A DNA stretch of 51,496 nt from Obrimoposthia wandeli (lineage: Eukaryota), in assembly GCA_977020255.1 (NCBI GenBank), contig CDROCS010006440.1, positions 1 through 51,496 of the forward strand, given 5' to 3'. The notes beneath the pieces were generated by a model, which had not been told where the DNA came from, ran no database searches, and was given only the letters and a program-made list of their open reading frames with translations. The position numbers were made by a program, and so were the translations under genes. Of the stretch, positions 31,313 through 41,209 are shown in pieces (position 1 is the stretch's first letter; each line of letters begins with the position of its first letter).

Positions 31313-32146
31313 GTCTCTCCTTCATTGCCTCGTAAGCAAGTATAATTTTTTTTCTCTGTATTGTCCATCTATAACCACTCATAGCACCTGACTTCTTCCT
31401 ATAACCCTATGACATGGTATAAGATAAGATACATCATTCGAGCCTATAGCAGTTGCAACTGCTCTGACTGCCTTTGGTTTATCTATGTAGTTTGCTATGT
31501 CTTGGTAAGTACTAAGACTTGCATCTGGGATATTTAAAAGTGCTTTCCAAACATTTATCTGAAAGTTGGTTCCTTTGACAAATATATCCACTTTTTTCTT
31601 ATCTAAAAATATACTCTTTAACTGTCCATTTATTTTTTTATCATCACGAATTAAAAGAGCATTTGACCAACTTTTTTCTAACTCGTTGAGTAGTTTTTCT
31701 TCATCTTCATCAAAAGCTAAAAAACAAATGCCTCTCTTTGTAGATGCCAAGAGAGCTTTACCAAAAGGAGTATCACCATATCCGTAAACTATCTCTGTAT
31801 CTTTACCAAGCTCTTTATACTCTTTTGGAGTCACTCCAACAAAGTTGACAAACATATCATGAAGTCTACTTGAACTTGTAAGACCAAGCTCTAAAGAGGT
31901 CTCTAGTATACTCTTTGACTCTTTTAGGTGTGTTTTTGCGTACTCCAATGTAGTAGCATGCAAAAACTGAATTGGCGTTACACCAACATACTCTTGAAAA
32001 AGTCTACTAAAGTGAAACTTACTTAATCCTACATGTTTAGCTATTGTATCTAGTGAAGGTTTTTCTTTGAAGTTTTCATCTATATAATTTATCACTTCTT
32101 CTATCTTTTTATAATTATCACTATCTATTTTCAAACTATTTTGCAT
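31302..32146 (-). CDS. AraC-HTH plus O6-methylguanine-DNA methyltransferase (Ada-like); frameshift near 31395
   Basis: HFSRLF..YVG.TP, GT.FQ..VW..L, PCHRV active site; corrected tail SGAMSGYRWTIQRKKIILAYE. Confidence 0.9.
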
Positions 32147-32297
32147 CTATAGCTCCTAAGTTAAAGCAATTAAAAATAGTATAACAAAAACAATGCTTAG
32201 CAACAATCCAAATATTGCTAAATAGCAAATTTAAATCAAAACAATTATACCAAACACTAAGGCAAAATATAGGATAATGAAACAAAGTAGGAGTGCA

Positions 32298-33089
32298 ATG
32301 GTGGTTTTAAAATTTATAGAGAATATTGGCGATAAAACTCTTTATACACTCTCTTCATTTTATGAAGCTCTAAAGTTCACATTTATTTGTATAGTACACC
32401 TTCTTAAACCTAGTAGTTATAATCCTGCAATGAGAATGGTTCTTACAAAACAAATATATTTTACAGCAGTTGGAATTATTCCACTATTTATGACTATGGC
32501 AATTTTCTTTGGCTCTATAATCATCGGGGTTGTTATTGCTCTTGCAACTGAGTATAATTTACAAGATCAGATTGGTTCTATTATTATTACTTTTGTTGTT
32601 AATGAATTTTCTCCTTTTTTCACTGCTTTACTAATTTCTCTTAGGTCTTCAAGTGCAGTCAACACTGAGATAGCAGTTATGAAAGTAAATAAAGAACTTA
32701 ACACATTAAAAGAGTATAAAATAGATCTTATTGGCTATCTATTTTTACCAAGGATAATCAGTGGAATGATTAGTGTAGTTTCTCTGTCTATTTTATTTGC
32801 AGTTATCATGCTTAGTAGTGGGTACTTATTTACTCTTTTTTATATGAATATGGATTTTCATACTTATAAATATATACTCATTAATGCCATAGAGGTTAAA
32901 GATTTAGTAATTTTACTTATTAAAAGTATGGCTTTTGGTTTTGTTACAATGCTCATCCCAATCTATAGTGGGCTAAATACAGCAGATGCATATACAGCGA
33001 TTCCCATATCTGTTTTAAACGGAATGGTTAAGCTTTTTATAGCATTATTTTTCATTGAGGTGTTATCATTACTACTACAACTAATATAA
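32298..33089 (+). CDS. mlaE: MlaE-family ABC permease (ORF track start 32277; 32298 has an AGGAG SD)
   Basis: KQIYFT, NEFSPFFTALLISLRSSSA..TE.AVMKV..E...L, LPRIISG. Confidence 0.88.
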   Translation: MVVLKFIENIGDKTLYTLSSFYEALKFTFICIVHLLKPSSYNPAMRMVLTKQIYFTAVGIIPLFMTMAIFFGSIIIGVVIALATEYNLQDQIGSIIITFVVNEFSPFFTALLISLRSSSAVNTEIAVMKVNKELNTLKEYKIDLIGYLFLPRIISGMISVVSLSILFAVIMLSSGYLFTLFYMNMDFHTYKYILINAIEVKDLVILLIKSMAFGFVTMLIPIYSGLNTADAYTAIPISVLNGMVKLFIALFFIEVLSLLLQLI

Positions 33090-33545
33090 AACTATTTGAG
33101 CAATACAATGAGATAGACAACTATCTAGCAAATGCAGAGGACTACTCTTTAATCTCTAAAAACACACCTCTTATATCTAATCTTAATATGATAGAAAATA
33201 TTGCTCTTATTAAAGACAAGTACATGAGCATTTAGCAAGTACCCTCAGGCACAAAAATTGCAGAGTGATTATCTTAAGAAAGTCAACCTTGAAAATATTG
33301 GACTAAATAGACTAACCCAATGTAATTCATTGGAAATATTTTACGTCTGCTTAATCCGTGCACTTATGAGTAAAGAGATGAATGTTATAATAATATCTCC
33401 ATTTCGTATTATTGATAATTTAAGCGACATAGAGATAATTGTATCAGCCATAAAAAAATTAGATGCTATAAAAAATATTCTAATTTTAGACATAATCTCA
33501 TACAAAGCACACTATAAAGGATCTTTATGCAATATAGTAAAATGA
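33090..33545 (+). CDS. Degenerate ABC-ATPase-like protein lacking Walker A, signature and Walker B; frameshifted, start unclear
   Basis: PLISNLNMIENIAL...L..VNL...CNSLE...LIRALM...IIISP aligns by eye to the middle of an ABC nucleotide-binding domain. Confidence 0.6.
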
Positions 33546-34462
33546 AACTATCAGTAGGTATTTTTGTAATTATTTTTTTCCTTACTATAGTATCTGCACT
33601 ATATATGCTTCTTGAAGATAAAGGTACGTTTGACAAAAGATATAATTATCATTTTACAACTGATAGTGCTGCATTTTTTAGCGTAGGAATGCCTTTAAAA
33701 TTTTCTGGTTTTGATATTGGGGTAATTGACAATATATCTTTGAATGATGATGGAACTGTTTATATGACATTTTCTGTTAATGAGAAAAATAGAAGATGGA
33801 TAACAAAAGATAGTGTTTTAATGATTATAAAGCCACTTATTGGTTCAGCTCATATTGTAGTTTATTCGGTAATTGACAATGAAGTACTTGAAGTAAATTC
33901 TGAACTAGCAATCGTAGAGAGTGATGATATAAACGACATGATTTCTAAGCTAGAACCTGCTGTTGATAAAATTATAGATATTATAAATAACATAGACACT
34001 ATTACAACTTATATTGCAAGTGAAGATTCAGACTTAATGAGAGCTCTTCATAATATTAAAGTCTTTACTTCAAATCTATCAAACAACGATTCATTATTGA
34101 CTAGTTTAACAGGAGATAAGGAATCTACAAACAGTATGATTGCTTCTTTAAATAAAACAACGCAGATAATGCAAGAACTGCATAATATAAGTAAAAATAT
34201 CAGTAAAACAACATCTAATCTTGATAAAGAGATAATAGACCCTTCATCCTCTGTAATAAAAGAACTAGAGGGAATTATGAAAGATGTAAAGCAAAAGTTA
34301 GATGCACTAGATGGAACAGTTAAAGCTGTTGGAACTTATGATAGTGATTTAGTAGAGTTAAAAGAGCAGATATCTGTAAGTGTTCAAAAGTCTAATCAAA
34401 TCATGGAGAAGGTAGATGCTCTAATGCAAGATGAAACTAAACAGGAGGTATCACTGCCATGA
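33527..34462 (+). CDS. mlaD: MlaD/MCE-domain protein with a long helical extension
   Basis: N-terminal TM, VG.PLKFSGFDIGV..I.L, long amphipathic C-terminus. Confidence 0.88.
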   Translation: MQYSKMKLSVGIFVIIFFLTIVSALYMLLEDKGTFDKRYNYHFTTDSAAFFSVGMPLKFSGFDIGVIDNISLNDDGTVYMTFSVNEKNRRWITKDSVLMIIKPLIGSAHIVVYSVIDNEVLEVNSELAIVESDDINDMISKLEPAVDKIIDIINNIDTITTYIASEDSDLMRALHNIKVFTSNLSNNDSLLTSLTGDKESTNSMIASLNKTTQIMQELHNISKNISKTTSNLDKEIIDPSSSVIKELEGIMKDVKQKLDALDGTVKAVGTYDSDLVELKEQISVSVQKSNQIMEKVDALMQDETKQEVSLP

Positions 34463-35112
34463 TTAAAATAATAGTTTTGTCTATTGGTTTACTTCTATTT
34501 AGTGCTTGTTCTTTTAAATCTGTCCCTAATCAGTGGCAATACAAAAGTACAACAGCCTTTGACTCTTACAAAACAAACTTTCTAAGTTCTAAAGATGCTT
34601 TAGCAAAAAATGATTTAAGTCGAGCAGTAAAACATGCAAAACAGAGTGCAGATTTAAATATGCTTGCACGAGTTTATTTAGGTAAATGTGCTTTAAATAT
34701 TAGTGTTGGAGAAGATGACAAGTGTCAAGAGTATGTTAATATCTCTGATTTAGTAAATAACAAAACTCTAGATGCTTATTATAATTTTATAACATTAAAA
34801 AATGAATATATTATAGATGACCTAAATAATACATATAAAGACTTTGCTTCGCATCTTATGCAAAAAGATTTTAAAAAATCAAATGAAGAAATACTACAAA
34901 TTGATAAAGTGACTTCCAAACTTTTAGCTGCATCTCTAATAAGAGATAAATTAACGCAATCAACTAGATATGAGCTTATAAAGAATGCTTCTTTTTATGG
35001 TTATAAAAAAAGTGTATTATTTTGGTTGAATGAGGCAAGAGTTAATGCTATAAATGAAGATAAACGTAATAACTTATCTAAGAAAATATCTATTTTGAAA
35101 TCAAAGGATTAA
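34459..35112 (+). CDS. Predicted lipoprotein
   Basis: Lipobox LFSAC at residues 13-17; ATGA overlap with mlaD. Confidence 0.8.
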   Translation: MIKIIVLSIGLLLFSACSFKSVPNQWQYKSTTAFDSYKTNFLSSKDALAKNDLSRAVKHAKQSADLNMLARVYLGKCALNISVGEDDKCQEYVNISDLVNNKTLDAYYNFITLKNEYIIDDLNNTYKDFASHLMQKDFKKSNEEILQIDKVTSKLLAASLIRDKLTQSTRYELIKNASFYGYKKSVLFWLNEARVNAINEDKRNNLSKKISILKSKD

Positions 35113-35301
35113 AAAGTTTCAAGGAGTTAAAAGAGTATGTAGAGCCTTAGAGTCAAGTTAAGGCTATACATGGAGAATCGTAAAAGTATTATATTATGTA
35201 ATAGTTACTAAATTGTTAACGAAGTCTTATCTCTTTTTAGATAACATTACTTATATCAAGTAATAAACTACAAAAAAAGAACAATAATTAAGGAAATATA
35301 T

Positions 35302-35595
35302 ATGGTTGAATGTAATTCACTCGAAGAAGTTAGAACAGAAATAGATAAACTAGATACTAAACTAGTAGAGTTAATATCTCAACGTAGTCGTTTTGTAAGA
35401 AAAGCTGCTTCATTTAAAGATACGATAGATGATGTTAAAGCTGATGACCGTATTGAATATATTATGCAAACAGTTCGTCATAAAGCGATAGAATTAAATT
35501 TGTCTCCAAATATGATTTCAGAATTATTTACAATTATGATAGATGAAATGGTAGAACTAGAAATCTCTGAATTTAGTAACACTGAAACATTTTAA
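35302..35595 (+). CDS. Monofunctional AroQ chorismate mutase
   Basis: LEEVR.EID.LD..LVELI..R, V.A.DR. Confidence 0.88.
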   Translation: MVECNSLEEVRTEIDKLDTKLVELISQRSRFVRKAASFKDTIDDVKADDRIEYIMQTVRHKAIELNLSPNMISELFTIMIDEMVELEISEFSNTETF

Positions 35596-35603
35596 AGATA
35601 AAC

Positions 35604-36485
35604 ATGAAATTTTTTTTATTAATAAGCATAAGCGTCTTCACACTTCTTGCATCTGATGCTTTTATCACTCCCAATGAATTAAAAAACTCACTTGAAAAAA
35701 AGAATTTAATTATCATAGATGTTTCAGATGCTCTTACTTATAAAACCAGTCATATTAAAGGCGCTATTAACTCTGATGTTTCTAAATTTATAAATCAAGA
35801 ACCAGAAAATGTATACTCACTTATGAACTCACCTGAGATTATCCAAGAAGAGCTAAGAAACCTTGGTATTAATCAAGATTCTCACGTAGTTATTTATTCG
35901 CATAATACAGATAAGGGTGTTTTAGAATCTAGTTATTTAGCTTTCTTGTTACTATATAGTGGCTTCGAGAACCTTACAATCTTAGATGGTGGATATGTAT
36001 CTTGGGTATTTGAAAATGAAAGATTAACTTCTGCAACTCCTACAGATATTGAAGATGAGGGGAATATAGTTGTAAAACCTAATAAAAACTTGTTAATAAC
36101 AATGGATTCAATAAAAAGCTCTTTAAGTTCAACGATTATTATAGATGCTAGATCACCACAAATCTATTATGGTATAGAACGTTCAAATGGGATAAGTTCA
36201 ATTGGACATATTCCACAGGCTAAAAGTAGTTTTTACAAAAATAATTTTTTAAGAGACGGTTAACTTAGAAATCAAAATGAGCTAGAAAAAATCTATATAG
36301 ATGGACATGAATTAAAAAGTAGTGATGAAATAGTTGTATATAGTAATAATGTTTTTTCTGCAAGCATGGAATTTTATATTTTATATAAACAAATGGGATT
36401 TAAGAATACAAAACTTTACGAAGCTTCGCTTTTAGAATGGGAAAATAATTCAGATTTACCTATGACTAGGTTTAAGTGGGAATAG
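35604..36485 (+). CDS. Exported tandem rhodanese-domain protein with no Cys; frameshift near 36260
   Basis: Signal peptide; HIKGA, LDGGY..W, IDAR...Y.G, GHIP.A, LYEASL.EW. Confidence 0.85.
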
Positions 36486-36511
36486 AGGTTTTGGCATAAA
36501 TGCCAGAACCT
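36486..36511. terminator. Hairpin between the convergent rhodanese gene and infA; ends the S10-spc transcript
   Basis: AGGTTTTGGCAT-AA-ATGCCAGAACCT. Confidence 0.75.
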
Positions 36512-36518
36512 TTATTTT

Positions 36519-36737
36519 CTATTTGTAACGATAAGTGATACGTCCCTTATCAAGAGAGTATGGTGTTAACTCTAATTTAACTTTATCACCTGGAAGTATT
36601 TTAATATAGTGCATACGCATCTTACCTGCGATATGACATAAAATAATATGTCCATTTTCTAATTCAACACGGAAAGTTGCATTCGGTAATGCTTCAATAA
36701 TCTTGCCGTCAACTTCTATAACATCAGCTTTAGCCAT
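36519..36737 (-). CDS. infA: Translation initiation factor IF-1
   Basis: [27 protein letters not shown]. Confidence 0.99.
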   Translation of the reverse strand: MAKADVIEVDGKIIEALPNATFRVELENGHIILCHIAGKMRMHYIKILPGDKVKLELTPYSLDKGRITYRYK

Positions 36738-36759
36738 TTATAAGTCCTTTTTCTAACTC

Positions 36760-37518
36760 TTAAGCAAGAGATAATATCTCAGCTTTACCATTAATTACTG
36801 CAACAGTATGCTCATAGTGTGAACCGCGTAAATTATCGGCACTAACAACATCCCACTTATTTTCTAAAATAATTGGTTTTGATTCTTTTTGACAGATCAT
36901 CGGCTCAAGACAAAAAACCATTCCGTTTTTTATCTTTGGTCCAGATTTAGGATTATTACCATTTAGGTAATTTGGTATTTCAGGCTCTTCATGAGGCTTC
37001 TTACCAATTCCATGTCCACAAAAATTATACAGAGGAACAAAACCTCTAGCTCTAATAAATTCTTCCATAATTAAAGAAAGTTCTTTAAATCTCATTCCAT
37101 CTTTGATTTCACCGATTGCATTATATAAAGTATCTTTAGCACATGCTATTAACTCTTCATCTAACTTATCGACTTTACCTACAGGAACTGTAATAGCAGC
37201 ATCTCCATACCATCCCTCAAGCTCTGTACCGATATCATAACCTATTACATCGCCCACTTGGAGTTTATAATCTGTTGGTATACCGTGAATGATAACTTGA
37301 TTGAGTGAAGTACATACTGCATTAGGGAAGCCGTAGAGACCTTTAAAAGATGGTCTAGCACCATGTGATCGGATATAATCCTCTGCCATAGCATCTAGTT
37401 CTTTTAAAGAGATTCCTACTTTTGTATTTTGAGCAAGAAGTTCTAGCGCACCACCAACAATTTTGTTAGCAGCACGTAGTTTCTCAATTTCTTGAGGTTT
37501 TCTAAGCGCGATGGCCAT
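36760..37518 (-). CDS. map: Methionine aminopeptidase type I
   Basis: CTSLN..I.HGIP, DIG, GHGIG..HEEP, EP, HYEHT. Confidence 0.98.
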   Translation of the reverse strand: MAIALRKPQEIEKLRAANKIVGGALELLAQNTKVGISLKELDAMAEDYIRSHGARPSFKGLYGFPNAVCTSLNQVIIHGIPTDYKLQVGDVIGYDIGTELEGWYGDAAITVPVGKVDKLDEELIACAKDTLYNAIGEIKDGMRFKELSLIMEEFIRARGFVPLYNFCGHGIGKKPHEEPEIPNYLNGNNPKSGPKIKNGMVFCLEPMICQKESKPIILENKWDVVSADNLRGSHYEHTVAVINGKAEILSLA

Positions 37519-37521
37519 TAT

Positions 37522-38783
37522 TTATAGTCCAACAGCACTTAGCGTCTCATATTTACTCATGTAAACCTGAGCCTCAATTTTTCTCATAGTATCTAGAGCA
37601 ACTTGAACAACGATTAAAACCGCTGTACCACCAAAGAAGAAAGGTACACCCATCCCCTTGATAATCATAAATGGTAGAGTTGCAACAAGACCAAGGTATA
37701 AAGCACCTGTAAAAGTTAATCTACTAGCAGTTTCATTTAAAAACTCCATAGTAGCTTTACCAGTACGGATACCTGGAATAAATCCGCCTTGTCTCTTTAG
37801 ATTGTCTGAAATATCTTTTGCATTAAATGTAATCGAAGCATAAAAGAATGCAAAGAAACAACAAAGCAAAATGTCATAAAGTTAAAAAAGTAACTATTAG
37901 GATTTAAAAAGTCAGCAATTCCCTGAATAGTAGGGTTTGTACTACTTGATAAAACTGTCATAGGAAACATTAAAATCGCAGATGCGAAGATAACTGGAAT
38001 AACACCAGCTAAGTTTACCTTGATAGGAATATAATTCATTACTCTTTTATTTTGATTTTGCATCATAACTTTTTTAGCATATGTAACAGGTACACGACGC
38101 TCACCAAGTTCAACGTAAATAATAATTGCTACAGTACCTAATATAAGGGCTAAAATACCTATTACAGTTAAGAATCCCATAGCACCAGTATTTACCATTG
38201 TAATCGTTTGACCAATTGCACTTGGAATAGCTGAAACAATACCAGCAAAGATAATAAGTGAAATACCGTTACCGATACCACTTTGTGTAATCTGCTCACC
38301 AATCCACATTAATAACATAGTTCCTGCTAACATTGAAACAGCAGAAAGAATTATAAATGTATTATGATCAGCTAAAATAGCACTATTACCATTTGGACCA
38401 GTTAAACTTTGTAGACCTACACTAATACCAATCGCTTGAATAATTGTAATAACAATAGTCGCATAACGAATTATTTGCATGTACTTAACCATTCCGTCAC
38501 GTTCTTTTTTCATTTGACCTAGAGGAGCGAAAGTAGCAGCTAAAAGTTCCATGATGATTGAAGCAGTGATGTAAGGCATAATACCAAGAGCGATGATAGA
38601 CATTCTCTCAACAGCATTTCCACTAAACATATTAAATAGACCTAGTGCGTCAGCTTGGTGTGAATCGAAAAATGAAGCAATAACAGCAGTATCTACGCCA
38701 GGAACTGGCACGTATGCCAGTAGGCGGTAGATGAATAAAAACCCGATAGTAATAAGTATCTTATTTACAAGATTTTTATTCAC
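37522..38783 (-). CDS. secY: Preprotein translocase SecY; homopolymer frameshift near 37845-37880
   Basis: SIIALGIMPYITASII, GIGNGISLII, IPIKVN.AGVIP, LKRQGGFIPGIRTG, GGTAVLIVV. Confidence 0.98.
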
Positions 38784-38785
38784 GA

Positions 38786-39187
38786 CTATTTACCTGTTGT
38801 AGTAACGTTGTCGTCTTTGATTTTTGATGCTAAATCTTTAGCAGATGCACCAACTAATTTAACTTTAGAAACAGAAGCACCCATTTTGTGAACACCACGG
38901 ATAGATTCCATAGTAATTTCAGCTAACTCAGCTACTGCTTTAATTCTTTCCACGTTAATAACGTAAGGCTTTACGTTATGAGAAAAGAATCCAACTTTAG
39001 GAAGACGTTTTGCAAGTTGCATTTGTCCACCCTCAAAGTTTCTTTTTCTCTTATAACCTGAACGAGATTTTTGACCTTTTTGACCACGTGCAGCAGTCTT
39101 ACCAGTACCAGAACCTTGTCCACGACCAACTCTTTTGCGGTTACATGTAGAACCTACGGCTGGTAATAAATTTTCAATACCCATCAT
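38786..39187 (-). CDS. rplO: 50S ribosomal protein L15
   Basis: [26 protein letters not shown]. Confidence 0.99.
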   Translation of the reverse strand: MMGIENLLPAVGSTCNRKRVGRGQGSGTGKTAARGQKGQKSRSGYKRKRNFEGGQMQLAKRLPKVGFFSHNVKPYVINVERIKAVAELAEITMESIRGVHKMGASVSKVKLVGASAKDLASKIKDDNVTTTGK

Positions 39188-39628
39188 CTATCCTTTTATA
39201 CGAGTTAGTGCTTCAACTGTAGCACGAACAAGTGTTCCTGGATTGTTTGAACCAATTGACTTTGTAAGTATGTCTTGAATACCTGCAAGCTCAAGAACAG
39301 GACGAGCTGCTCCACCTGCAATAACACCTGTACCTTCAGATGCTGGCTTTAAAAGAACACGACTTGCATTGTATTTATGCTCAATATCATGTGCTATTGT
39401 TGTACCTTTAATACTTACAGTTGTAAGATTCTTAAAAGCATTATCAACAGCTTTACGTATAGCGTCAGGAACTTCTTTCGCTTTACCCATACCGTAACCT
39501 ACAGTACCATTTTTGTTACCAACTACGATAAGTGCAGTAAAACGAAATCTTCTACCACCCTTAACAACTTTAGTAACACGACCAATGTTTACAATTGATT
39601 CTTCAAAATCTTCTCTATTGATTTCCAT
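39188..39628 (-). CDS. rpsE: 30S ribosomal protein S5
   Basis: [24 protein letters not shown]. Confidence 0.99.
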   Translation of the reverse strand: MEINREDFEESIVNIGRVTKVVKGGRRFRFTALIVVGNKNGTVGYGMGKAKEVPDAIRKAVDNAFKNLTTVSIKGTTIAHDIEHKYNASRVLLKPASEGTGVIAGGAARPVLELAGIQDILTKSIGSNNPGTLVRATVEALTRIKG

Positions 39629-39636
39629 ATCAGCCC

Positions 39637-39993
39637 CTAAAACTTAATTTCGTTAGCACGAAGTGCGTCACCAAATGCAGCAATAACGCCGTGATATTGG
39701 TAACCATTACGATCAAATACAACTTCAGAAATGTTAGCTTTTTTAAGTGTTGCAGCAAATGCTTCACCTAGTGCAGCAGCACCTTCTTTGTTTGATTTAT
39801 GACCAGTTGACTTTGAGTTAAGTGCCGCTAGTGTTGTTGCAGATGCATCATCAATAGCTTGTACACTTAAATAACGATTTGAACGAAATACAGAAACACG
39901 AGGAAGTGAAGCACAACCAGATATTTTTGCACGAATACGACGCTTACGCTTTAAACGATTAGCAATTTTCGATTTTAATACTTTAGCATTCAT
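39637..39993 (-). CDS. rplR: 50S ribosomal protein L18
   Basis: [18 protein letters not shown]. Confidence 0.99.
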   Translation of the reverse strand: MNAKVLKSKIANRLKRKRRIRAKISGCASLPRVSVFRSNRYLSVQAIDDASATTLAALNSKSTGHKSNKEGAAALGEAFAATLKKANISEVVFDRNGYQYHGVIAAFGDALRANEIKF

Positions 39994-40006
39994 TTATACT
40001 CCTCCC

Positions 40007-40540
40007 TTATTTCTTAGCAGTTTTACCGGCTTTACGCACGATATGTTCTTCCATGTATTTAACACCTTTACCTTTGTAAGGCTCTGGTGGACGGAATGAT
40101 CTGATCTCAGCAGCTACTTGACCAAGCTTTTGCTTGTCATGGCTTTTAAGAGTAATAACATTCTTTTCAACTAAAGCGTCCATACCTTCTGGTAAATCAT
40201 AATTAATATCATGAGAGTGACCAAGTTGTGTTGGCAACCTGCCTTTAACAGCAGCACGGTAACCAACACCATTGATTTCTAATTGCTTAGAATAACCAGT
40301 AGTTAAACCAACAACGATATTTTGAGCTAATGCTCTATATGTTCCCCAGAATGCTCTGTGAGCTTTTTCATCTGATTTTGTAGCAAAAGATAAAACATTT
40401 CCTTCTACAGAGAAGTCTACATTTCCTTTTGTATCTAAATCAACACTATTTTTGCCTTTAGCAAAAGTTATAACATTTCCATTTGTACTAACATTAATGT
40501 CAGCTGCAAATTCTACCGGTTTTTTACCAATTCTTGACAT
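40007..40540 (-). CDS. rplF: 50S ribosomal protein L6; locally aberrant segment KGRLPTQ suggests compensated errors
   Basis: MSRIGK, GVGYRA, RPPEPYKGKG. Confidence 0.98.
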   Translation of the reverse strand: MSRIGKKPVEFAADINVSTNGNVITFAKGKNSVDLDTKGNVDFSVEGNVLSFATKSDEKAHRAFWGTYRALAQNIVVGLTTGYSKQLEINGVGYRAAVKGRLPTQLGHSHDINYDLPEGMDALVEKNVITLKSHDKQKLGQVAAEIRSFRPPEPYKGKGVKYMEEHIVRKAGKTAKK

Positions 40541-40549
40541 GCTATCTCC

Positions 40550-40948
40550 CTACCAAACTGTACACATAACTTCGCCACCAATGCCAAGCTCAAAAGCTTT
40601 GTCATTTGATAGTACGCCATGTGATGTAGTAACAATAATAGTTCCGTAACCATTTTTGAATCTTTTGATATCTTCTTTGCCTTTGTAAACACGTCTACCA
40701 GGCTTAGAAATTCTCTTAATTTCATTAATTACAGTTTTTCCTTCTTCGTTGTACTTAAGTACAACTTTGATAGTCTTCTTAACGCCGTCTTCAACAACGT
40801 TACAACTCTCAATATAACCTTTTTCTACTAAGATATTTGCTACAGCTTCAACACTCTTAGAGTGAACTAAAGTAGTAACTGGTAATCTTCTCATACCTGC
40901 GTTACGAACACGCGTTAATGCATCTGATACTAGATCATTTATTGCCAT
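40550..40948 (-). CDS. rpsH: 30S ribosomal protein S8
   Basis: [30 protein letters not shown]. Confidence 0.99.
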   Translation of the reverse strand: MAINDLVSDALTRVRNAGMRRLPVTTLVHSKSVEAVANILVEKGYIESCNVVEDGVKKTIKVVLKYNEEGKTVINEIKRISKPGRRVYKGKEDIKRFKNGYGTIIVTTSHGVLSNDKAFELGIGGEVMCTVW

Positions 40949-40964
40949 TTATATTTCCTTATTT

Positions 40965-40998
40965 GTAGTTATTTTATAATTACTTATAAAATAACTGC
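40965..40998 (-). other. AT-rich hairpin in the rpsN-rpsH intergenic region
   Basis: 13-bp perfect stem with a GUAA loop on the mRNA strand. Confidence 0.6.
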
Positions 40999-41023
40999 TA
41001 ATGAATAGTAGTTTCCTCTTGGG

Positions 41024-41209
41024 TTACCAAGAAGACTTTCTAACACCTGGGATTAATCCCTCATTTGCCATTTTTCTGAAACATATACGACAGATACCAA
41101 AGTCACGAAGTACTGAATGTGGACGACCACAGATTTGACATCTTGTGTATCCACGTACTTTAAACTTAGGTTCTCTTTTCGCTTTAGCGATCATAGACTT
41201 CTTAGCCAT
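41024..41209 (-). CDS. rpsN: 30S ribosomal protein S14, Zn-binding type Z
   Basis: RCQICGR...[15 protein letters not shown]. Confidence 0.99.
   Translation of the reverse strand: MAKKSMIAKAKREPKFKVRGYTRCQICGRPHSVLRDFGICRICFRKMANEGLIPGVRKSSW

Noticed and set aside
37845-37880. Programmed frameshifting in secY, trpB or moeA
   Set aside because: No known recoding in these genes and no consistent slippery site with a stimulator; sequencing error is the simpler explanation.
39180-39195. Missing rpmD (L30) between rpsE and rplO, and no adk after secY
   Set aside because: This is the normal arrangement in Campylobacterota.
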